Shown here: positions 54,089 to 62,225 of the stretch, piece by piece | Layout of the letters: each line of letters begins with the position of its first letter | Numbering within the stretch: position 1 is the first letter of the stretch | IMG/VR virus record: IMGVR_UViG_3300037418_000775 | Span: 28,636 to 92,635 of that record | DNA: 64,000 nt | Origin: a virus | Taxonomy: Duplodnaviria; Heunggongvirae; Uroviricota; Caudoviricetes | Strand: one strand, 5' to 3' | The notes under the pieces: generated by a model | What the model was told of the DNA's origin: nothing | The model's database searches: none | The model's input: the letters and a program-made list of their open reading frames with translations, nothing else | Program-made: the position numbers and the translations under genes

Positions 54089-54233
54089 ACTCTTCGGGCA
54101 CAAATGGCGCGATGGGCATTATGTATCGTCCTGGGACGGAGACCCTCATGCGGGAGGATTTGAGCCCACAGAGGGCAGTCCATGCGAACGTAAGAACTGC
54201 CCTGCGATCTACAACAAAACGAGGTGGACGTGA
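54067..54233 (+). CDS. Small hypothetical protein (GTG start)
   Basis: VTWICKLFGHKW...; overlaps the upstream stop; a further 44-aa hydrophobic mini-ORF lies at 54230..54364. Confidence 0.3.
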
Positions 54234-54350
54234 TAATCCCAGTCAAACTCGTTGTCCGGGTAGTCAGCAACGTCGTGGACGGAGTTACCTGGGCGATAGG
54301 GTATCGCCTACTCGAAACGGTATGGGAATGGATACGGAAGCGGATATGGA

Positions 54351-54378
54351 GAAGGGGCCCCTAAGAGGGGGCCCCTTC
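54351..54378. terminator. Bidirectional hairpin terminator at the convergence of the rightward and leftward operons
   Basis: GAAGGGGCCCC / loop taagag / GGGGCCCCTTC; the stop codons of the convergent genes (54362-54364 plus, 54361-54363 minus) lie in the stem and loop. Confidence 0.6.
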
Positions 54379-54813
54379 GTCGTGTACGCGATTCTCCCAG
54401 AACTTCTCAATGACTGCAAACAGGTCATCTCGAATGAAGGCTTCGTGGATTCCGTGCTTGCGCTTCGCGGACTCTAGCATCCTCTGGAAGAGACCACCTT
54501 TGTCGTCGGCTTCGATGAGGGTGCTACAGGCAGGGCAGGCGCTCCAGAGCGGGTCATACGTTGTGGTGACCCCATACGCCTTGAGGATGAACTCCTTGGT
54601 TATGAAGACTGTGAACGGCCCCTCCGGTGAAAGGCAGAAGTCACAGACCTTCTTGTCCTCAGGGACTACCGTGTCATAATGGCCAGGGCTCACCTCAACG
54701 ATCTCAGCGTTGGGGTTGAGCATCTTGGCCGCTTTTTCTAATTGGTCTCTTTCCACTACTGTCTGTCCCCTTTCACGGATTCTATCCTCACAAGCATTGC
54801 TCCAATTCGCCAA
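54361..54813 (-). CDS. Hypothetical protein with CxxC pairs
   Basis: 150 aa; CDFCLS...CPACS. Confidence 0.45.
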   Translation of the reverse strand: MANWSNACEDRIRERGQTVVERDQLEKAAKMLNPNAEIVEVSPGHYDTVVPEDKKVCDFCLSPEGPFTVFITKEFILKAYGVTTTYDPLWSACPACSTLIEADDKGGLFQRMLESAKRKHGIHEAFIRDDLFAVIEKFWENRVHDEGAPS

Positions 54814-55123
54814 TAGCGAAGAAGCGTTTGGCGCACTCGTCGCATGTTTCGAGTAGACCGGCGCAGCCGCACTGCTCGTTCTGCGCCTTCAGGTAGTCGA
54901 TGCGGCACTTGATGAACACGACCGAAACGACATCGGCGTTCGCAATCTCGTCGTCGCTCGGCTCACGCAACGCTATCGCCGACGGCTGGAATGGGTGACA
55001 CGCCTCGGCGGGATCGTGAGGGTCGTGGATGCACGTATGCACGATTGCACTCTCCGTCCGATTGCAGGCCGTGCCATTAATCGGTTCGATAAAGCCACAT
55101 AATGAGGTTTCTGCGTTATTCAC
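54788..55123 (-). CDS. Cys-rich hypothetical protein
   Basis: 111-aa ORF. Confidence 0.4.
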   Translation of the reverse strand: MNNAETSLCGFIEPINGTACNRTESAIVHTCIHDPHDPAEACHPFQPSAIALREPSDDEIANADVVSVVFIKCRIDYLKAQNEQCGCAGLLETCDECAKRFFAIGELEQCL

Positions 55124-55437
55124 AACGGGTTTTCTCCTGTGGCGATGCGTAACCGATTGAACTCCGCTTCGCTTACAAGCACCATGCCCTCGCGCTCCCG
55201 CCGCAGGCGTTCATTCTCGTCCTCAAGCGCACGAATCTTATCGCCGTACCCGATGAGCCTAGCGGCAATTCTATCGGCCATGTGCGCCTGCTCATAGATA
55301 TGTTTTGAAACCTTCGGCGCAGGCAACGTCGCTTTGGTCTGATTCGCACAGAAGCAAGACTGACCGGGGAGTATGGGTCCTCCTGCGAAGCCGCAATAAT
55401 CGCTGTGTTCGGGACCTTCTGTATCTTCTGTCTTCAT
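55120..55437 (-). CDS. Hypothetical protein
   Basis: 105 aa; coiled-coil-like C-terminus. Confidence 0.4.
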   Translation of the reverse strand: MKTEDTEGPEHSDYCGFAGGPILPGQSCFCANQTKATLPAPKVSKHIYEQAHMADRIAARLIGYGDKIRALEDENERLRREREGMVLVSEAEFNRLRIATGENPL

Positions 55438-56231
55438 GCGTTTCTCCTCCAGATCGTAAGATGGTCATGCAACCCTAGCCATTGAGGAATCTCTTCCCCA
55501 TCAACGTGGTTCCAGTCGCGGTTGAGGGCGTCAAAGAAGGCGGCATCCCCGGTGCATCCGTCCCATTCACCCACAAAGATGACGGTGTCCCCCCTGTAAG
55601 CCTTGAGTGTATCAGATGCCATGGAGTCTGCATAGGGAGGCCACACCAGCAACAACGCTCGCTGCTCTGAGGACTTGGCCTGGTAGTCAAAGTCCTTGAC
55701 GTTGTAGACAGGGACCCATGACCGAAAGTCCTGTTCGAACCCCAGGCTGTTGGTGTTATCGGGATTCCAGTAGTAGTTGGTTCGGGTTTCGACCGGGCGG
55801 ATATCCAGGGGTATAATGTCGCTCCCCCATTGACGTAGGACATACGCCCAATAGCCGTTCCCGGCTCCTACCTCTACGATGCCGTGTGGTGACCATTCCA
55901 GAACCTTGGAGATGGCTTGTGCAGTCGGTATGGCAAAGCCGTACAGATTTCGGTAGTAGTCACGGATGCGGAATGACGCCAGGTCCCGGGCTTCTAGTTC
56001 GAGTGAGGACTCGATGCGGAGGCGATGCCTTACCGCACGGGCGCTGTCCAGGTAGTCCTTTGCGATCCGGTCCACGTTATCCACGAGCCATTTATGGGCG
56101 TCCGGTTCGCGATCATCCACAGCGGGTAAAATGCCAAGAGAACCCGGGACAATAAGTCCCGGGTTCATAAAGACTCCGCTGACAGGATTGGACGCGTCCA
56201 GAGTGGCCCCCAGGACGCTACTCAGTACCAT
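55434..56231 (-). CDS. Class I SAM-dependent methyltransferase (possible amino-methyltransferase with unusual WPPY motif)
   Basis: Motif I IVEVGAGNGYW; then LLVWPPYAD where N6-adenine/N4-cytosine methyltransferases carry (D/N/S)PPY. Confidence 0.5.
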   Translation of the reverse strand: MVLSSVLGATLDASNPVSGVFMNPGLIVPGSLGILPAVDDREPDAHKWLVDNVDRIAKDYLDSARAVRHRLRIESSLELEARDLASFRIRDYYRNLYGFAIPTAQAISKVLEWSPHGIVEVGAGNGYWAYVLRQWGSDIIPLDIRPVETRTNYYWNPDNTNSLGFEQDFRSWVPVYNVKDFDYQAKSSEQRALLLVWPPYADSMASDTLKAYRGDTVIFVGEWDGCTGDAAFFDALNRDWNHVDGEEIPQWLGLHDHLTIWRRNA

Positions 56232-56592
56232 CCTCTTCTCCCTCTTCTTCGTGGCCGTCTTCGCCCATGCTCATCGCACTCATGGAGATGGCCGAATCTC
56301 CGGTGAGCGCACGGACGATCTGTCGCGTGGCCTCGGTGGTCATCATCATAAGGTCAGCGATACCTGCGTGGGCCGCGTACAGTTCGGGCTCCTTGTGCCC
56401 CTCCGGGGAACACTGCATCCGAATCAGAAGCAGATGGTCGCCGGATTCGCCACAGTCATCAATGATGACGCGCAGGAGTCCAGAGGCGCTACCGTTGGAT
56501 CGTTTGATCCACTCCTCAACCTGCGCCCGCAGGCTGTCGCGTTCGGCAGCCTTCGCATCTCCGCTGAGAAGTTCTTCGAGTTCTGAGGCCAT
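56218..56592 (-). CDS. Acidic hypothetical protein
   Basis: 124 aa; Glu/Asp-rich C-terminal tail EDGHEEEGEEDGTE. Confidence 0.4.
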   Translation of the reverse strand: MASELEELLSGDAKAAERDSLRAQVEEWIKRSNGSASGLLRVIIDDCGESGDHLLLIRMQCSPEGHKEPELYAAHAGIADLMMMTTEATRQIVRALTGDSAISMSAMSMGEDGHEEEGEEDGTE

Positions 56593-56993
56593 TACTTGGA
56601 GGTCTCCTTACAGGCGGTGACGAGGTCGCTGACGGCGCGGCTGAGCGCCAGACGGCGGCCCATATTGGGGTCGTATTCGAGGCCATGGGACTTGGCATCC
56701 TGCGGGTTGTACTTCGAGAAGCCGAAGCCATAGACCCACAGGGTCTCGCCCTTAGGCAGGCGTCCCTTGGCACCTTTGCGAACGCGTCGGGCCTTGACCT
56801 GACAGCACAGGAAGTTCCCGCGCTCAACAAAGAAGACGCTATCGCTAAGGATAACAGGAAGACCCGCCGATTGCAGGTCTTGGTTAATCTTGAGTAAGGC
56901 CTTCTCTAAACTAAAGGCCTTTTGCTTGCCGTTCTGCTGGCGTGTATACAATTCATTTCTCCCTTCGAGGGTGTTGTGTGTTAATACTACCAT
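56592..56993 (-). CDS. Hypothetical basic protein
   Basis: 133-aa ORF. Confidence 0.4.
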   Translation of the reverse strand: MVVLTHNTLEGRNELYTRQQNGKQKAFSLEKALLKINQDLQSAGLPVILSDSVFFVERGNFLCCQVKARRVRKGAKGRLPKGETLWVYGFGFSKYNPQDAKSHGLEYDPNMGRRLALSRAVSDLVTACKETSK

Positions 56994-57501
56994 GTTTGGT
57001 CGGGGTGATCAAGGTGGACTTAAAGAGCATACTGGAGTAGATGCCGCTCTTGAGCGTCTGCAGCAGTAGGTCCTTGGTCGCGTAAGCGATGCCGAAGAAG
57101 GCCGCGTTCTTATCGCGGTCATCTCCATAAGGCCGCCAGGTCGGATCGATGACGACACCCTTCTCATCCACGACCCACGCATGGAGGGTCGGGAAGTAGA
57201 AGCCTCTACCGATCTCGCGGCAGGCATATCCTTCCACGTAGGTTAGGTGCGGGTGCTCAACGGCCAGGTTAAAAGCGTTCTTGAAACACTCTTTCTCCTT
57301 GCCATACCCGAGCCGAGCCGGAAGAACAAAGGACGGCGTCCACCACCGTCCTTGCTCTTTCAGTTTCGTGAATGGATGTATCTTAGGGTTCCCGAATAAC
57401 CCGAGCACCTTGTCCAGGTAGTCCATTATGGACTTCTGCGCTTCACTCACGCTCGAAGACTCGGCCTTGACGAGGCTCATCTTCGCGCTGTAACTGCTCA
57501 A
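56953..57501 (-). CDS. Hypothetical protein
   Basis: 182-aa ORF. Confidence 0.4.
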   Translation of the reverse strand: MSSYSAKMSLVKAESSSVSEAQKSIMDYLDKVLGLFGNPKIHPFTKLKEQGRWWTPSFVLPARLGYGKEKECFKNAFNLAVEHPHLTYVEGYACREIGRGFYFPTLHAWVVDEKGVVIDPTWRPYGDDRDKNAAFFGIAYATKDLLLQTLKSGIYSSMLFKSTLITPTKHGSINTQHPRREK

Positions 57502-57630
57502 GCGCCCCCAGCAACCGCTTCTTCAGAAGGTCAACTTCTTGTCCGGTAGCCTCTGCGTGTTGAAGTCTCCCTATGCCAAGCGTAAGTATTTGTAACTCAC
57601 GCTCGCTGAGATAGACCTGTATCGTCTGAA

Positions 57631-57918
57631 TCATTCTTCGATGGCCTCCATGATATCGTTCACCGGGTCCTGGTCCTGGCTGACGCTGGCGATAGCGGCA
57701 TCCAGGTCTTCCTCCGGGGCCTCGGGGGACGACGTGATATAGGTGTTACTGATGCGATGACAGAGGGTGAACCACTCCGAGAGGGCCACCCCCGATCTCG
57801 CTTCGATCTCTTTCTCGAACGCGCTTCGGGGGGTGATCAAATGCTGGAGCGCAGTCCACACGTTCGTGAACTCTGCTAGTTCCTCATCGGTTAGTTGTGT
57901 TGTGATCTCGGTGCTCAT
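57631..57918 (-). CDS. Acidic hypothetical protein
   Basis: 95 aa, Asp/Glu-rich. Confidence 0.35.
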   Translation of the reverse strand: MSTEITTQLTDEELAEFTNVWTALQHLITPRSAFEKEIEARSGVALSEWFTLCHRISNTYITSSPEAPEEDLDAAIASVSQDQDPVNDIMEAIEE

Positions 57919-58128
57919 TCGCCCTCCTCTTCTTCGCGGGATTCGATATCCCCGATGTCATCTGAGAGGGCTGTCCATTCCGAGTCCATACCCCCTTCGA
58001 TGAAAGAATTGCATTGTTTACGTGTGGCAAGACCGTCCTTCGGAATCTTCGCACCATACCGCATATTGTCGTACTTGGCGATATCTCTTCGGGCCTCCTC
58101 ATCGACGAATCGCTTAATGATGACGATA

Positions 58129-58776
58129 TCACGCATGGTCTTTCTCCCATTGGGTATCCTGTATCTCCCACGGACACCCGGACATACGGATAGACTTGGC
58201 CTCGCCCCAGGTAAGTACGCGGGCAGGTAGGTACTGCATACCTAGACGGTAGGCTTTGTGTATGCGGTGCCAGCCGTCAATCACGACACGCCCTAACTTC
58301 CCGTCCTGGTAGAAAGGAACGGCGATGATGGGTATGCTCAGGTCAGCCTTGGCGATGCGCTCCTCAGAGTCCGGGTTATCCACCCGCCCGATCATCACTA
58401 ACTCAGGCAGGAGCGGGAAGTCTTCTTCCGGCTCCCGCCCGTCCACGATTCGGATGGCTTCGGTGACGTTCCACCCGTAAGACTTCCCGGTAACAGAGTC
58501 CCCCCATTGGTAGAACTCGGCGTCCCCGAACTTCTGTAGGTCTGCGACGATGCCCTCAAGTTGGGAGATGGTGTAGACCTGCCCGTCTATCACCGTTGCG
58601 TTCTGCCCCGAGAGGCGAACCTGTTCGATGATGTGATTGAACCCGGCGACCGCCGCCTTCACACGGGGGTCATCCGGGTTCCTGTGCTTAATCCTTCCAG
58701 CCATTATGACACCCACGTACAGACCCACCACCGTGGCGTCTTGTCCGGGTAGTGTTTCCCCAGCAGTTTGTTCCAT
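58129..58776 (-). CDS. ParB/sulfiredoxin-like nuclease-domain protein
   Basis: VIDGWHRIHKAYRLG matches the ParB N-terminal domain DGxHR...G motif. Confidence 0.5.
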   Translation of the reverse strand: MEQTAGETLPGQDATVVGLYVGVIMAGRIKHRNPDDPRVKAAVAGFNHIIEQVRLSGQNATVIDGQVYTISQLEGIVADLQKFGDAEFYQWGDSVTGKSYGWNVTEAIRIVDGREPEEDFPLLPELVMIGRVDNPDSEERIAKADLSIPIIAVPFYQDGKLGRVVIDGWHRIHKAYRLGMQYLPARVLTWGEAKSIRMSGCPWEIQDTQWEKDHA

Positions 58777-58999
58777 GCAGCGGGGATAACCAGCGGTACG
58801 TCCGTCGCCCCGAACAGGTCCGGGTTACTCTTGTCGGCCACCATGGTGATGGACTCAGGGATGGCGGCGATCATCTGCGTAGTCTCGGAAGAATGGGTAT
58901 TCCCATACGGTATGCCCGAGAGTCCCTTAGCCGAGATGATCTCTTCGAAGGCTTCGCTCGTCTTGACTCCGTAGCAGAGCCAGGTGCTGATCTCAATGC

Positions 59000-59812
59000 T
59001 CATACCCCAATCACCGCCTTAAGCGCGTCCTCAACCACGCTGGTCAACTTGCGTTCATCCATCCGACCATAGACGTTCTGGCAAACCTCTTCGGTGTTGC
59101 CGAGAAGCATCGAGACAGCGGCGAACGAATGGCCGTTGTTGACGGCCTTGGTCGCCAGCGTGTGCCGGAACCAATGCGGTTTGAGATGCTTGATCCTGGC
59201 CGCCTTCTCGGCATCCACGAAGCGGCGACGAATCGTCCGCACCGACCAGCGGTGACCTGGTAGTACCCAAATGGCGAAGGCCTTCTCACCGTCCGCCGTA
59301 AGCGGGACGATACGTTCCTTCTGGCCCTTACCCAGGAACTTGAGATACCCTTTGCCCTTGGATTCATACCGGGACTGCTTGTTGATGCGGTTGAACACCT
59401 CACCGATTCGCATCCCCGTCGTCCGCATCAGGACGGCGACAGCCCAGGCCTGTTTATCAATCCGGCGAAGCGTGTCAATGAACTTCTCGGTGTCGCGGTC
59501 TGCGATAGTGGTAGGGATGGTGCGTGGCTTCGAGAACTTCTTCAACGTCAGCAGGCTAACCCCGGGCACACCTTTGGCCACAGCCCACTTCGCAAAGGAC
59601 TTCAACTGACCGAGTACCTTGTTCCGGGTACCGGGGTTGTTATAGCGACCGAGAATAAACTTCTCCACACCCGCATCATTGAAGGCGAACTTCTCATTGA
59701 AGAAGATGTAGAGGGTGCTCTCGTAAGACGAGATGCTCTCAGCGGAACAATGATTCCGCTTCATGTATGTCAGGAACTCCCTGACGGTATGCTCTCTGGC
59801 TTTGGATATCAT
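59000..59812 (-). CDS. Tyrosine site-specific recombinase (short, Xer/integrase-like, no arm-binding domain)
   Basis: Catalytic residues: R in TTGMRIGE, HWFRHT (H-x-x-R), LLGNTE...NVYGRM (Tyr); 270 aa. Confidence 0.75.
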   Translation of the reverse strand: MISKAREHTVREFLTYMKRNHCSAESISSYESTLYIFFNEKFAFNDAGVEKFILGRYNNPGTRNKVLGQLKSFAKWAVAKGVPGVSLLTLKKFSKPRTIPTTIADRDTEKFIDTLRRIDKQAWAVAVLMRTTGMRIGEVFNRINKQSRYESKGKGYLKFLGKGQKERIVPLTADGEKAFAIWVLPGHRWSVRTIRRRFVDAEKAARIKHLKPHWFRHTLATKAVNNGHSFAAVSMLLGNTEEVCQNVYGRMDERKLTSVVEDALKAVIGV

Positions 59813-60084
59813 TCGGATACCTCTCTTTCTTCGTAGAATCGGTGCCGCCGCTCGTTACAGACTGCACAATGGCAGGCTGTAAACCAAACGGCCACGGGCC
59901 CTAAACTGAATCGGGTCTTCTCCTGGAATACCTTGCCCCACACAGCCCCGCTCTGTCCGAAGCCCCACCATCCTTTATGATGGTCCCACGGCATAAGCAG
60001 ATGTATTTCGATTGCGTGGTCGTAGTCTTTAGGTTGTACGTGTCTTATCAGTCTCATACTAATCCTTTCTACCAGGACTGTCAA
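59809..60084 (-). CDS. Hypothetical protein
   Basis: 91 aa; overlaps the recombinase start. Confidence 0.35.
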   Translation of the reverse strand: MTVLVERISMRLIRHVQPKDYDHAIEIHLLMPWDHHKGWWGFGQSGAVWGKVFQEKTRFSLGPVAVWFTACHCAVCNERRHRFYEEREVSE

Positions 60085-60087
60085 GTG

Positions 60088-60127
60088 TCAGAAAAAGAAA
60101 AGGCCCTGTGTCAGAAACACAGGGCCT
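60088..60127 (-). terminator. Rho-independent terminator (leftward)
   Basis: Minus strand: stem GGCCCTGTGT / ACACAGGGCC followed by TTTTCTTTTTC. Confidence 0.65.
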
Positions 60128-60133
60128 GTTACG

Positions 60134-60526
60134 TTACTTCGTGGCTTCGCTCACGATATCCGCGAGTTTTCCCACGTCCACCACCTCCTTGTTGGGAGTG
60201 CCTGCGGAACGTGCCCGGACGGCTTTCTTACGGCCTGCGGCCTTCTTCCGTCCCGGGGCTCCTTTCTTATGGATGCCGATCCGCGCCCCGGCAACAACCT
60301 TCTTACGGCGACCGTTCACGGGCTTCATAGCGGCTTTCGGTGCAGGAGCCACGGCCTTCGCCGGGGGTTCTGCGCTGACGATCTTTACGAGGCGATCCGC
60401 GTCTTCGCGGCTGGTCACGGTAGCGATATGGTCTACCGTGCGAATGGTGACGATCTCGAACTGACCGCCTGCGATGGGCAGGACAACGGTCTTGCCTACG
60501 AGATTCGTGTCGTTAACTGTATTCAT
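60134..60526 (-). CDS. Lys/Ala/Pro-rich histone H1-like DNA-binding protein
   Basis: Globular N-terminal 60 aa, then PAKAVAPAPKAAMKP...KKGAPGRKKAAGRKKAVRARS low-complexity basic tail. Confidence 0.5.
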   Translation of the reverse strand: MNTVNDTNLVGKTVVLPIAGGQFEIVTIRTVDHIATVTSREDADRLVKIVSAEPPAKAVAPAPKAAMKPVNGRRKKVVAGARIGIHKKGAPGRKKAAGRKKAVRARSAGTPNKEVVDVGKLADIVSEATK

Positions 60527-60857
60527 TGTCTACCTCCTTTTGTTCGGTTGATTGCATCTTAGCACTCTCGTCGTAAGAGTGCAAGAGTGACTTGGTATCC
60601 GGGGGCGTCCCTGTGATGATGTAGCGAACGGCGTCCACTACCCCTTCAGCGTAGGCCGCTCGGACTTTGTCGCCTGCTTTTATGTAGTCCGTTAGACGTG
60701 ATTGCCACATCTCATTGACGGCACTAGCCCGATTGAAGACTTCGTTATAGCCGTCTAACTTGTCGCGCAGGCCAGCGATCTCGGACATGAGGGATTCGCT
60801 GACTTCCTTCATCCTGCGCTCGTTCTCAGGGTGCATTTCAATCCTTCCTTTCTGCAC
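60513..60857 (-). CDS. Hypothetical protein
   Basis: 114-aa ORF. Confidence 0.4.
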   Translation of the reverse strand: MQKGRIEMHPENERRMKEVSESLMSEIAGLRDKLDGYNEVFNRASAVNEMWQSRLTDYIKAGDKVRAAYAEGVVDAVRYIITGTPPDTKSLLHSYDESAKMQSTEQKEVDNEYS

Positions 60858-61173
60858 CTACATGGTACGGTTTGTCAGGGTGCTCCTCACGGAATGGGCA
60901 GAGATAGGGGTGCATAAGGCCTTTGCCTTCTGCCCGCATATCCTCGACCACAGTCTCGGCCTCATCCAGCGCGTAACGCTCCTTGCGCTTGCACATCCAG
61001 ACGTGAAGCCGCTTCAGGGCGCGACCGTTAAGGGGGCGGCCACAGCGGCACACCATCTCAACCAGGTCCACTTTCTGGAGCACAACAGAACGGTGTCCTA
61101 AAGAACGGCGGCACAGGGGGCAATTCCCCTGCACCGCCTCCCCGGGCTTAATTCGCCACACACTAGACTTCAT
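60838..61173 (-). CDS. Zinc-binding hypothetical protein
   Basis: CPLCRR...CRCGRP...CKRK...CPF. Confidence 0.4.
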   Translation of the reverse strand: MKSSVWRIKPGEAVQGNCPLCRRSLGHRSVVLQKVDLVEMVCRCGRPLNGRALKRLHVWMCKRKERYALDEAETVVEDMRAEGKGLMHPYLCPFREEHPDKPYHVGAERKD

Positions 61174-61237
61174 ATCGCATCCAGGATGGCATCCATCACT
61201 ACATCCTCTAGGTCTACATCATCTTTGCGGAAGAGTG

Positions 61238-62086
61238 TCACACCGCCACTCCGCTTGCGGCAAACATCTCATCCAGAGCACGGCGACCTGCGTCGGCGGG
61301 TGGTGGGGAGACTTTCTTCTTGGAGCGACCCTTCTTGAGAGTCCCCTTGATCTTCTCGGTGACGAGTTCCCGCATAGCATCGGCGTAACGATCCGTCGTG
61401 GCCTGGTAGTCAAATGAACCCCCAGCGACGGCCATCAGAGCCTGAGCCTGGGCAATATCCTTCGCTGAGATATTGGCGTCGTCCAACACCTTCGGCACCG
61501 GACGGACCTGTCCGTAGAAGGGGATGTTCTGAATCACCAGCGCGTCCTCCATGGGGAGGATGAGCGCCAGTTTCTCCTGCTTGCCCCGCAGGGTGTAGCG
61601 GCCCACGATGACCTGCTTACTCTTCTTCAGGGCCCCACAGACAGCGGCGTAGGCCATGTTCGCCACCATGTTCTCGGGGACCAGATAGTAGCCACCCTCA
61701 CCGAACAGGCGATAGGGCTCGGCGTCCTTTGTCGAGATGACGGCCTCTGTGACGAATGCCTCGGCGGTCGGCAGATTGAGTTCCTCCAGGTCGGAGTCCT
61801 CGATCTGCACAGCCGTTTCGCCTTCGACGGCGACACGGATGGGAGGGTTGTGCGAAGCGAAGCCCTTGTGGTTATCGCACTTCTCGTTCGAGCAACGGCG
61901 CGGCTGTTGCACCGGGGCCTTGCAATCCGGGCATCCGAGATGCAGGCTGTAACTCTCCGTGTTCGAGACCGGGGAGTACAGTTTCACCGGGAACGAAAAC
62001 AACCCGGTTATGAGCAGGTTGATCTTGGCGACGGTTTTGCCCTCGACCTCTACACGAAGGGCTGATTTCTTTGCTGCGTTAGCCAT
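61238..62086 (-). CDS. ku: Ku homologue (NHEJ DNA-end-binding protein) with inserted zinc ribbon and basic tail
   Basis: KINLLITGLFSFPVKLYSPV aligns to the bacterial Ku N-terminus (ISFGLVNIPVKLYSA); inserted zinc ribbon CPDCK..CSNEKC; C-terminal KKGRSKKK; AAGGAGG RBS. Confidence 0.7.
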   Translation of the reverse strand: MANAAKKSALRVEVEGKTVAKINLLITGLFSFPVKLYSPVSNTESYSLHLGCPDCKAPVQQPRRCSNEKCDNHKGFASHNPPIRVAVEGETAVQIEDSDLEELNLPTAEAFVTEAVISTKDAEPYRLFGEGGYYLVPENMVANMAYAAVCGALKKSKQVIVGRYTLRGKQEKLALILPMEDALVIQNIPFYGQVRPVPKVLDDANISAKDIAQAQALMAVAGGSFDYQATTDRYADAMRELVTEKIKGTLKKGRSKKKVSPPPADAGRRALDEMFAASGVAV

Positions 62087-62225
62087 TATTTTACTACGCC
62101 TCCTTTTGCTTGCATGACTTTGTCATAGTAGTGTTTGTGCTTTTCACAGAGAAGCAAAGGGACGCCGTCCGTCGCACAGTACGGGGCGTCCCACGGGTCA
62201 TCCGTGTCATCTTCTTTTCGTACTG

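Noticed and set aside
58777-60133. An attP core next to the tyrosine recombinase
   Set aside because: The recombinase is flanked on both sides by overlapping ORFs and a terminator. No noncoding stretch longer than 50 bp and no tRNA-like 3-prime-end fragment was found. attP therefore cannot be assigned from the sequence, and it may lie outside the window.
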